From: Utricularia gibba
Taxonomy: Eukaryota > Plantae > Magnoliophyta
Length of the DNA: 64,000 bases
NCBI GenBank assembly: GCA_002189035.1
Contig: NEEC01000021.1
Coordinates: 1,302,001-1,366,000, forward strand
Direction: 5' to 3'
Below the pieces are notes generated by a model that saw only the letters and a list, made by a program, of their open reading frames with translations, was not told the DNA's origin and did not search any database. Position numbers and translations under genes: made by a program. Position 1 is the first letter of the stretch, and each line of letters opens with the position of its first letter. Positions 24,647 through 36,773 of this stretch are shown piece after piece.

Positions 24647-26912
24647 ATCCATCTTACAAGACTCAACATTAGGAGATGGGTATCGGAACATCGAATTCAG
24701 CATAGAGAAGTTTGCTCGTGTACAAACAATTAGCTTTGCATCTGTGGAGATCAGCTTGGAGTTTGTTGTGAAATTGAGAAAGCAACTATTCTCCAGCTAT
24801 TACTGGCATTGATGCTCCTCCCATTGTCCTCAAGCTTGTTTTTGCCAACTTACCACAATTATCCACACTCATCATGGTGGATGATTCCTTTAGAATTTGA
24901 CAAAGTTGCAATTCAGGTCAACACATGTAGTGCTTCACACCAACCCTTTCTTCCAAAGGGGGCTATTCATATTCCTTCTCCATCAACTCCCCCTCATAGT
25001 GAATCCGTATTCTAGTATCAGTTTTGATGCATCCTTTTCGCTTTTTCCCCATGCTGTCTTTATTCTATTCTGTCCATGTTTTTCCTCCCTGTCTAAAAAG
25101 CATCAGCACAGAGAGAGAGGGGGGAATCTGTTATAGCAGGCGCTCACTACTTCCCTGAGTTCAGCGTCTAGAATATGAAGCCATTGAGGGAATCTCACAT
25201 TGTTTTAGAACTCCTCATCATGGAACCAGAAGGGCAGACATTTTGGAGAGGGAATGATTGAGACCATTGTTCTGATTCCCATCTTATCTCTTTCCAGGGA
25301 TCCATCCATAGTTTGCCGTGTCCACCATGGTATTCTCTGTTTGAACTAATGTGCCCTGGTGATTATCTGCTTCCCCATATGCACTATTGGAGTTGATCTC
25401 ATCAAAACTCACATCAACACATGCCTTGAGACTGGTACGAACTGATATTTTGAAGAGTTGGATAAAGTAAATATTTACTCTCTTTAATTTTTTTAATTGT
25501 AAAAAAATAAACAAAATTGCCTCCAATACGAAGGATTTGCACATCTAAAGTATTATTATGGAAAATTTTTAAATTTTATTTTATTTTTTAAAATAAAAAT
25601 AATTTTATTTTAGAATACTTTTAATTATAAAAATAATTATATAAAAAACATTTTTAAAATTATATTATAAAAGTTATTTTTGAAAAAATAATAAGTTGTT
25701 TATTTTTATTTTTCTAAAATAATTTTAAAAAATAAAAACATATTTTAAAAAGTTTCCAAAACATTAATTAATTATTTGAATGATTGTCATTCTTGAAGTA
25801 TTGTTATTCACAAATTGTGTTTGATTTTTTTAGAAAATTAATTCTTATAAAATTAAATGATTTGTTTGCATAGTTTCTTAAAAAACACTGCTGAAAAAGT
25901 AGAATCTAATTTTTTTTCTCCTAAATTTTTGAGTTTTTTAAAATAAAATTTGATTCTATTGGATAATAAAATTAATTCTGAATTGATTTTTGAGAATCAA
26001 AACTCATTATTACACTTCTTTAATTTCTTCAAAATATGAAATATTGTATATTTTTGCTATTTATAAAACAGAAATTATTTATATTTTATTATTTTATCAT
26101 AGTTTTAAAGCATCAAGTAAATCTTCAACAAAAAACATTAAAAAAAGATTAATAATACCAAAAAAAGGAAAATTGAAGTGGGGCCCTTATCCGGGTCGGG
26201 TCGGGCTATGGGGGATCCCAATCCGAGAGGAAGTCACGTACGGATCAGGCAACACCGCGCGTCGTTGTCGCGTAGTCCTCCACCTTGGCCCGTATTGCTG
26301 GTCATGGTTTGTCGGTAATGCAACACTAATCGTCCATTCATCTTTACTCCAAAATTGATTATTCGGTTGACGGAAGGCTTTTTTTGTAAGATATTCGTCC
26401 TCAACATACCATAATAAAACGAGTGATTTAATCACAATATTTCGTCGTTTAGTTTTTAAATATCTAAAAGAAATTATATTGATGCTCTTGTATTAAATTT
26501 TTTTTAATATTCGATTCCAAACTTGAATTTTAAGTTCAATCAGTTCTACTTAAATTAGTTAATTTCTGGATTGGATTTAAAAATTAAATTTTATTAAAAA
26601 TAGGCTTTATCTTTGGTTAATTTTATATTAAATTGTTGCAGAATTTCTAAATATATCTTTTATTTTATGAGAAAAATCAGTGGGATAAGTATCGTGAAAT
26701 TTGGAATTATTATCTAAAAGTGCACTTTATTCTTGTACGGATAATGTATTCAATATGTAATTAAAATAATTTTCCATTAAATAACATAAAAGAGGGAAAC
26801 TGTACCCTAAATTTCATGAGTACCCCTGGATGGGGGATAAAATATCGTAAACGCCATGGGAATTGAGGGCAAAAAGGTAATTTACGCTACTCGACAAATC
26901 TAAATTGGTAAA

Positions 26913-27859
26913 TTAAACGCGGGAACAAGCTAAGAGTTGGAGAGGGGAAGATCTTCCAGCAGCCACGACGCCGTCGGGAACCGCCGGGTGGTGGCTATTG
27001 AGGAACGTGGTGACTATCGCTGCGGCGGGGCCGGACACTTTGTTATCCCAAGCCACGTCCGCGTCGGGGCTGGGCTTCCCCAGCACATCCGACACGTCGA
27101 GGCGGTGGAGCCGCCACCCTTTTACGTTCCTGAGTCGCCGGATTTTCTCCACCTGGCGGCTAGAGAGTTTTCCGGTGTTCAATTTGACGGCAGAGATAGC
27201 CTGTGAGAGCATTTTTTCCCGAGTCTCATCGTCGTAGTGCGACTCGAATCGGAAAAACTCGTGGAATTCAGGGACTCCGATGGATTTCAAAATCCCCTTG
27301 GAATAATCGCCGCTGGGTTGGTAAAACTCCCTCACTTCTTCCACCATTCCTCTCTGAACCATCTTATCCACACGATCGGAAAGCGAGTTGTGCAGAGACG
27401 GCACGGCGGCATCAACCCAGAGAAAGCAGCATTCATACTTCGAACGGAAATTGTAATCAATCAGCGCTTCAACGTACGAATTAGACCCCCGACGATGATC
27501 GGAAGATTCCCACGTCTCAAAATCGATCTCACGGAGGCCGCCGCCATTCCCCTGAAGTTTCCAGCCGAGAATTCCGACACCGGATCCGCGATTCCGAGGA
27601 GATGATGCGGCATCCCACATCTTTCCTCTTCAGTAGCTTTGTTTGTCGTGACCTCCAAGCCACGAAAGACTTGCATTTTATCTGAATTGATGACCTCCGC
27701 GCCGAAGTAGTTAGCAAGTTCTATCGAGAGGCGGGTTTTCCCGGTGCCGGTGGCGCCCATGACGACGACCACCTTGTCCTCCGTAGGCGGCGAAGAATGG
27801 CGGATGAAGAAGTTGGCTAGGGGGAGAGATGGACGGGGAAGAGGAACTGCGAGTTTCAT
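26913..27859 (-). CDS. IPT: Adenylate isopentenyltransferase (cytokinin synthase, IPT3/5/7-type), intronless; one apparent frameshift
   Basis: P-loop GATGTGKT, INSDKMQV, HHLLG, GG|SNSY (-1 shift at about 27486-27490), FLWVD, KSIGVPE and GWRLHRLD are present. TATA is at about 27905. Confidence 0.9.
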
Positions 27860-28721
27860 CGTATCTTCTTGTTGAGTGATGGGTTTTTAGGGTAATCAGT
27901 CTATTTATAGAGAAATCTGCTTTCCGCATCTTCCAGCGACGCGGCGACGCAAAAACGCCGGCGCCACCGTGTCATTCCAGCAGCGGCAGTGAGGACTGGT
28001 ATGCACCAATCTTACCGTTAAATAAACAACTATTTCTTCTGGAAAAAAATAAATTAAAATTTCAATTTAACCCTAAAAAAGGAGATAAAAAGTTTATTAG
28101 TTTTATTCTAAATTAATATGAAAAATTTTGATCGTTGTTTATATTCGAGAATATTGAAATTTTGAAATACCCTCTCTAGAATATAGACTGAATTTCTTGG
28201 TGGCGCTTGCCATGTTTATATTCCATTGCAAAAATTCCAAAAATTCCTTTTTCAACCATCATTTTTTAGTATAATATTCAATTAATTAGGGTTTATATGA
28301 TTACACCCATTATTTTAAATAATTATAAAAACGATTCATAGTTCAAAACAGTTTAATCAGGATTATGTAGAATTTAATTCATCCCTATCAAGAATAATTT
28401 GTGATTTAAAATAATTCAATCATAATTTTTTAAATATTAGTTATACACCTTCACAAATATTTTTAAAGAATTACTTTTAATAAAATGGAGGTTCTAAATA
28501 TATAAGTTTTTAAATTAAATAATTCAAAAATAAATATTTATAAAATATATATATTTTTTAAAACAGATTGCCTCCATTTTTCCATCTCAAGCTCAGCACG
28601 AGATACTTATAGACACACCTTCCATGGATTATATACACACAAAGGTGTTGGGTCGAGCATGAGAGAAACAAGTGAAGCAGGAAGGGCAAGTTCAGCTTAC
28701 GCACCTGAACTGGCTTTGGAA

Positions 28722-30171
28722 TCAGTCTTCAGGAGGAGGGATATAGAAAGATAAGCCCTTGATGATATGGCGGCACTGGAACCTGCAAAGTGATGCTTTC
28801 TTGCTTAGTTTCTGTATCTGGATGGGCATGGAGGAGGAGGATAAGCTACGCATTGCGGCAAAAGAAACGGAATTGCAGTTCGTTTGAATCCTTCAGTACC
28901 AGATCAAATCTCTTGATGAGCTCTGCTTACAGTTCTCCGTCTGTGTATTCATATCCCTGGCTCTGGACTGGAATCTCAGCCTATCCGGCATGGTCTGCAT
29001 CAAAAGATGATGATGTAGAAGATGGTAGAAAAAGTGTGAGCATTGTCATTGGTTTGAAGCTTGGATTTCATCTTTCTAATGAATTGAAATGCATAATTGA
29101 TTGATTCACTATGGTGGGAATCCTCTTACTGCTTATAATGCATTGGTGCAACAATCAAATGACATTTTTCTGCATTTTCCAAGAAATATGTAAAATCATA
29201 TCTACGTGATCACTTGAAAACAGGCAAAAAAGGTGCACCTTTTTGTTATAGCGAAGCCCACGCTTGGGGAGGAAGTGCAACCGTAGATTAAGGGAGGATG
29301 GAGCTTTCACAAACAGGAGCAATTTTGCAGGGCCTATAGGAACATAAAGCAAGAATCAAACAAAACGAACTACCCTCTTGTCATTCGAGAATGAGAGATG
29401 ACTACCAGGACATGAGTTTGATCCTGCACCTCTGGATATCATGGTTCGAATCACCTAACCAGAAAAGGAGATAACTGATAGCAACATATCCATAAAAGGA
29501 AACATGCATTGCACCTAAATGAAACTAACCTTTCTAGACAGAGATTCAGCAAGTTTAGACCTATTGAAATTCCCTGAAACTGATCTTCCTATTGAAAAAT
29601 TCAACTCATATACATGCAATGGCCTCAGTGGGCTAGATCCTAGAACCAAAGAAATCTTTTCAATTTCAGGAACTTCAGAAATCAACAACTGAAGCGATTC
29701 CCTGACATTAGAAACAGATCCCATAAAGTTCTCTTGTCTTCTCATCCTCATTTTCACTTCCCTTCTTCTAGAAGCTTGTTTTCTCCTCGTGGATAGAGGT
29801 CTAGGTTCACTGCTCGCGAGCTCCACTTCCTGATCAACGCTAAGTTTCAGAGCCCTAAACATTAGAAGCGAATTCGCGAAAAAGTTTGAAAATTTTGGGC
29901 TACCAAATCCGCATACTCCGTTCGCAATTCATTAAATTCCTGAGCTATTTCGTCGATAACTCTGCAACATCGTAAGAAAACAACAATAAGAATTGCGGAA
30001 TGCAGATAAAGCTTCGTATATGCTACGGCCGGATTACGAGGGGATTTGCTGGTGCATGAACAGTATGAAGCCGATGAAGTCATTCACGACATGGAATACA
30101 ACGGAGCTGTCGACTGGCTCCGCCGGGAGAGTAATGTCGATGAAGTCGGAGTTTTCATCACCTCTTTCCAT
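28722..30171 (-). CDS. COMET: p31comet / MAD2L1-binding protein
   Basis: Manual translation gives MERGDENSDFIDITLPAEPVDSSVVFHVVNDFIGFILFMHQQIP; ...KISLVLGSSPLRPLHVYELNF; ...WFQCRHIIKGL...* (TGA 28724-28722). Confidence 0.85.
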
Positions 30172-30566
30172 CGCCTCCGCGAAGTTCCCCGGAGTAACGG
30201 CCTTGTTCAAAAGATGCTTCGGGGCTTTATGATTTCAAAAATTTCCATGGAGTTTATTTAAATAAAAATTGGCATTATCTTATTTTCCTTAATACGTTAC
30301 TGGTCCCAGATTTTGTTTTAAATTACACTTCACACCGTCCCTTCAAATGAAGACACAACGTTTGTTTATTTTCAGATACGCCCCTGAAGAGTTCCAATAT
30401 TAGTATCAGTCAATATGCACATGCAGTGCAGCTACCGGTATCACCAAAAAAAAGTTGGTTTGAATGTCGGGTATCTAATTTACACCCAATTTTGCTGCCT
30501 CTACTTTTCTGGCTTGTCAAACTTACTTGTTGACTTTGGTTCAGAGGATTCAGCTGCAGAGGGGGA

Positions 30567-33500
30567 ATGGGGAAGAAGATTGAGGAACTGGGTCTTGAGG
30601 ATTTGATTGGATGTGGGCTTTCTGTGAAAGAAGCCACTGCTCTCTCTCGAGAGCTTCTAGATGCAATCAAACGAGGAACTGGGCGCGAGGATTTATGGCG
30701 TCGGATCACTTCTCAGAATCTGCTGAAACCGTCACATCCACATTCTTTGCATCAGCTTGTCTATAATGCGGTGTACAGTGATTATGATGAGTCCGTTTAT
30801 GGGCTTCCTCCTTACTGGTTTCCTTCTTTGTGAGTGTTGAATTCAGTTTTCGAGACCAATATTTCATCTTTTTCTGGTGCAAACGGAGCTTTATTGTGCG
30901 TATTTGGGATTCTGGTAGAATCTTTGTTAGTAAAACAGGAACTACTTGTAGGCCTTATTCTGTGAGACTGTTGAAATTTATTCTAGCATCAATTACAGGC
31001 AGGAATCGAAATTAACGAACTTGGGCCGCGTTATGGAAGCTCATTGTCCAAGGTTGTTGGGTGGATCATACAAGGACCCCATAACAAGTTTCAAGCTTTT
31101 CCAGAAATTCTCTGTGGATCATCCCGAGGCAAGCACAAGTTTGCGAAAATTTTATGATGGGTTTTTGCTGTGTCATTAAAAACAATTTACTGTTGTGGTT
31201 TTCCAGTTGTATTGGCCTCTCGTAGTGAAGGAACTTGCTGTTCAGTTTTCTGTACCCCAAAGTTTGTATTGGATACTTCAGGCAATTCCAAACACCATGG
31301 GAAATGGTTTACGGGTGCTGTCCTAAACATTGCTGATTGCTGTCTGCGTGTGTCTGAGAATCCAAAGAAGCAAGACGATAGCCTAGCAATTGTCTGGAGG
31401 GATGAAGGATTTGACCATCAAGATGTCAAACATATGACGTTGAAGGAGCTTAGAGAGCAAGCAATGTATGAATCTGCTGACCTGATATTTTCCTTTTAGA
31501 ACTGTTTCACAGTTTGCTAAGGTCATATATCCAGTTTTTAGGATGTATAGCTAATTTTAAAAGAACAGTGATGAACTGCTCAGTTTTAATCCTGTTAAAT
31601 ATTGGAGCATTTTGCATTCAGGTTGGTGGCAAATGCAATTGACTTCACATTCTGCAAAGGAGATGCCATTGCTATTGACATGCCCATGACAGCTACTGCT
31701 GTTGTCATATACTTGGGAATTATTCTTGCTGGATGTATCGTTGTGTCGATTGCTGATAGCTTTGCTCCCAAAGAAATCGCAACTCGATTGCGTGTTTCTA
31801 AGTCGAAAGCGATTTTCACTCAGGTAGTGTCAAAATTTTTGTTGCCTGGAGCTATTTCACCTCCAAGTCTTGCTCATAAGATGATGTTTACTTGAGGAGT
31901 ATTCAGGATTTTATTCTTCGAGGAGGACAAAGACATCCTTTGTACAGGTACTGCCACAGTTCAGCAACATCTGAATGTTTGTAACAAATGAGTGTTATAA
32001 GGAAGAACTGCTCTAACAACTACTTTCTGTAAAGCAATCCTTGCTCATTTTTTTTCCCTTTTTTTTACACAGTCGGGTCGTAGAAGCTGCTCCACTTAAA
32101 GCTATAGTCATTCCTGCAACAAGCAAAGATGTAGGTGTTGAGTTAAGGAGCCAGGATTTGTCATGGGAGGCTTTTGTTTCAGTTGCCTATCGACTTCCAA
32201 GGTATTCCATCTCTCCGTGTATTACTACGTCAGAATCTCTTGCAGCAATTGTAATCTCCGATTTTCGGCAGGCCGCACCATTATTTACCTGTTTACGAGT
32301 CGATAGACTCCATTACAAACATCCTATTTTCATCTGGTACCACAGGTGAGAAGAGAGTGACAACATTAATGTGTGAGTTTCTTTGATGATTGATCTCTTG
32401 AGCCTTCTTTCTCTCATTCAACAGGAGATCCAAAAGCCATTCCGTGGACTCATCTTTCTCCGATACGCGCTGCAGCCGATTCATGGACACACGTTGATGT
32501 TGGAGCAGGAGATGTTTTTTGCTGGCCAACAAACTTAGGATGGGTTATGGGTCCAATATTGCTATACTCATGCTTTCTAGCTGGTGCTACTCTTGCTCTT
32601 TATCATGGTTCTCCTCTCACTCGTTCTTTCGGAAAATTTGTCCAGGTATCTTCCAACTTTTTCCTGTCTATGAACTCCCATATGATTGATACATTATAGT
32701 TGATTGCATTTCCAGGATGCAAGGGTTACCATTTTAGGTACAGTTCCTAGTTTGGTGAAGAACTGGAAGACTACCTCCTGTATGGATGGTCTGGATTGGA
32801 CCAAAATAAAGTAAGACCCTACTCTTCCTTCTGAGAAGGAGATTTTGCTTTGCTTCTGTAGTTGTTTACTGAATGATGGGAATCTTTACATATAAAGAGC
32901 TGGTAGAAAATGCGAAAATCGGATTGAAGATGATCTTTGATCTGCAGGTCATTTTGCTCAACAGGGGAAGCATCAAATGTTGATGATGACCTCTGGCTCT
33001 CCTCCAGAGCATATTACCGGCCGGTCCTGGAGTGTTGTGGAGGCACAGAGCTCTCGTCTTCATACATCGCCGGAAACGTGTTGCAGCCGCAGGCATTTGG
33101 TGCATTTAGCTCTGCAACTATGGGAACAGGCTTTGTTATCTTTGATGAGAATGGTGCTCCTTACGTAAGAACTGAGAACACCCTCCTATGTTCCGATGTT
33201 GGCATCATCTTTTCTTACTGTAAAACCGATCATGTTGTTTGGAATTCGTCGGTCGGAACAGGAAGATGATCAGCCGTGTGCCGGCGAAGTCGGCTTGTTT
33301 CCGCATTACTTGGGTTCAACTGATAGATTGCTGAATGCTGATCACCATGAGGTCTACTTCAAGGGAATGCCAATCTACAAAGGAATGGTAACATCTAGTA
33401 GCAACTAGAGTTTTTCAAAAAGAGAGTTTTAATGGCGACTGTCTTCATGCAGCAATTAAGAAGACATGGTGACATCTTGAAGAGGACTGTGGGTGGGTAT

Positions 33501-34012
33501 CTGATAGTGCAAGGCCGTGCCGACGACACCATGAACCTCGGCGGCATCAAGGTACACCTCTTCTTCTTCTTCAGACAACATGAGCCGCAGCACAGGCCAT
33601 AGAATCCATTCACTCCCTCTTGATGTGCAGACAAGCTCTGTGGAAATAGAGCGCATATGCAACCGAGCCGACGACGGCATCGTTGAGACGGCGGCGATCA
33701 GCGCAGCTCAACCCAACGGTGGACCTGAGATGCTATGCGTCTTCGTGGCCTTGAAGAAAGGCTCCAGTCTCAAACCAGAGGAGCTCAGGATCAAATTCTC
33801 CAAAGCCATTCAGTCCAATCTCAACCCACTGTTCAAGGTAACCTACAGCAGCACATACAGTTCACAAACGAGTCTACAATTCTTGCACCTTGTTGCAGGT
33901 AAGCTTTGTTAGAATCGTCCCCGAGTTCCCTCGAACTGCCTCCAACAAGCTGCTGCGAAGAGTTTTGAGGGATCAGTTGAAAAGGGAGCTTCAAATCCAC
34001 AGTAAAATGTAG
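30567..34012 (+). CDS. AAE18: Peroxisomal acyl-activating enzyme 17/18
   Basis: [13 protein letters not shown]...[12 protein letters not shown]...[51 protein letters not shown] and a C-terminal SKM* PTS1-type signal are present across about 14 exons. Confidence 0.92.
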
Positions 34013-34845
34013 ATCAAGATTGTTGTTTCTCAGGGAACTCTGCTGTCAACTGGATACAAAACCCCTGCTTTGAAGGAAAAGGATGAGGCTTTTGCTGCTC
34101 TCTCTTTCTATAGTGAAAACACAACTCTTCTACTCCACAGTGAGAGGACTGATGCAACGATGTAAGCATCAATAAATTGATTTTCACAAAAAAGTGAATC
34201 GATATTTTAATTGAAATGAGTTTTTGGTAAGAAGTTTTATTTTGAATATACAATTTAAATATGAATCGGTTTTAGAAATATAAAAAGATTAGCGTAGTGT
34301 TTTAAACTACAAAGTACGGGTACAGATGCGTTAGTAGTACGGATACATGTATAACGATACAAATACGATAAATTCAAATGTATCTTATTAAGATATGATT
34401 AAGATATGTTTATTTAAATTTATTATTTTATTAATATAAAAAATTTCTAAAAATCAATAACTGATAAATTAGATAAAACATACTTAATCAAAATAAAAAT
34501 ATTATTAAATTAGTGATAATTGATAATAATCCAAAAAGTATTATTGGAAAAAGATTAGTATTCCAATCACCATAAGATGACAAAACCAAATGATATATGG
34601 TAATCAGTAGAGTCACGAAAACAATAGAAACAATTTAATTTTTTTTTTAATTTTTTTTGACAATAGTGATGTATCTGAATGCAATCATGTACCTAAGTAT
34701 CAAGTATGTACTCAATAAGTTCAAAGCAGAAAATACACGTAACAGTGTTTTGTAGGTTTTAAATCTCATATATATGTTTAAATTATCTTATAATGGATGG
34801 GTTAAGACGATAATTAACGATTAATCATCCCCCTTGGTATTGGAT

Positions 34846-35883
34846 TCAGCTATTAGATGCACATTCAGGTGGAGTATTGGGGTGCCTTCCTGCATCGCTG
34901 CAATAGTCATACGTCACATGATCTTCCCTGACTCTTTCGTACTTCCTCTGCTGAGCCTTCCCTAGTTTCCAGTACTTGGCCTGATTCCACCAGTAGCCAG
35001 GCCCGTAGCACCCTCGCCGGACTCCGTGGGGCACCCCCGATCTGGAAATCCATGTACTGGCCGCTGAAGGGCGCATAAGACCAGTTAACTTTGGTGCGGC
35101 CGCCGTCGGTGGCCCAGTCGCTGCCGTCCCATATGCTCCCCGTCACCTTCATCGGCTGCGCCGGGAATGCGACCCCGATGGGGGTGTTGTTCTTGAACAC
35201 CCTGATCGGCGTGTCGTCCACGTAGAATCTGGAATCGGGATTGGGGTTAGAGCCGGAAAGTGTAACTGAGAGATGAGATTTTTCTGTGTTTCTGGTTACA
35301 CGATTTGGTGTTGGTTCCAAAGGATTTTGTACGAGTGGAAATCTTGTTTTGGGTCGAACCAGAGGTTCAGTCGTTGCTCTCGGTCGCCTTCCCCATCGGC
35401 GAAGACGTTTGTTTGCAGGGTTACCGGTTTGCCTTCGACGTCGCCCAGGAACTCCATGTCCAGTTCATCGTGGCTCCGGCCCTTCGACGTCAGCTGCCAA
35501 AAGGAGCATCTAATCTACTCATGTTCTGGTTTTGAATCCTGTCGACGATGATACATACGTAGAAGGCGGTGACTACGCCGGCGGTGCTCTTGTTCTCCAG
35601 CTTGATCCTCATATGGAAGAACCCCGAGCTGTAACTCAGCTTCGATTCGAACCCAGAACCTGCACGCAGAGAGAATGAAGACGTCGACAACCAACAGCAA
35701 CACATGTCTCTGTCAGAGAAGCCAACCGGAGAGCGAGTCGAGGGAGAGCTGCAGCCTTTCTCCCTGATCCAGCACAGCTACATGATCCCATCCCCAGGAA
35801 ACGGCGTACGTTTCATCAAAACGGCAACTCGAACCCGCTGCGAACAGCACCAGAAGCAGCGTTGAGAAGCGCACGGAATCCAT
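34846..35883 (-). CDS. XTH: Xyloglucan endotransglucosylase/hydrolase (GH16), 4 exons
   Basis: Signal peptide [23 protein letters not shown]...GVVTAFY, catalytic [16 protein letters not shown] and YDYCSD...PPEC are present. There are two -1 G-run losses at about 35036 and 35012. Confidence 0.93.
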
Positions 35884-36221
35884 TGAAAAACACGTTAGGC
35901 GACGCCCCAACCCAATTCTGCCTCTGTCTGTATATCCACTTATTTATTTGCCTTTTCTTCCTCCGGTGGTGTGAAGAAGAAGGGAGGCTATTCTCCATAC
36001 ATTATAATACAATACTAATCTTTTTAGTATATAAAAAATTGTAGACTAATAATAATGGATTGAATGTAATATTTTTTTAATATAATTCATATTTATTGAA
36101 TATTTTTCAAATATTATGATCCGATCCATGAAATACTTAATTTCAATAAAATTACTATCTATTGTGAAGCGTCACAGTGACTATCCAAACTGTAAAAGAG
36201 TTTTACAAACCTACGTCATCT

Positions 36222-36773
36222 TTCGATTTGGAATATGTTGTAAGAAGACACGTTACAAGCCATCGAAGTATGCGATGAAAAGGGATTACGTGCGATGAGA
36301 CGAAGAAGAAGGAGAAGAAGGCGCTGCGCGTGACGAAGGCGATGCACCACACGGCATTGCAATTAGGTTCAAAAAATTAATTATATTGTAAAATAATAAT
36401 CATCATTTTTTAAATGGATTAAATTTATTTATGAATTTGAATTAAATTTAATCTCAAATTGAACCTATGATTTATACAATAAAATTTTCCAAATGTTGGA
36501 TAAATTTCAAAACTTCTGTTGTAGATCTATATATGCCCCAAATAAAAAAAATTGATACCATAAAATCTTTCAAACCCTAATCAAATTTCAAAATTTTTAT
36601 TACGTATGTGTATGTATGCATACCCCAAATCAAAAAATTGACACGATCAATCCTGACAACCTTACTCAAGTTTAGGGATTTGCATTATGAAAGGCAACAA
36701 TAGATATGATTCAAAGCAAATAACCTTTTTAATTGCTTATTTCAAGTCTGACATTTGCCTTCTTTCAGTAGCA
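36222..36773 (+). repeat. Left direct repeat (LTR-like) flanking the satellite
   Basis: Homologous to 39079-39713 from atttggaatatgttgtaagaagacacg to catttgccttct..cagtagca. Confidence 0.9.

Noticed and set aside
24660-25440. Moderate-GC sequence downstream of the PORR gene with short ORFs
   Set aside because: No recognisable motif or consistent splice structure. It is probably 3' UTR or intergenic.
34290-34750. Possible degenerate DNA-transposon remnant between AAE18 and XTH
   Set aside because: No terminal repeats or TSD could be identified by eye.
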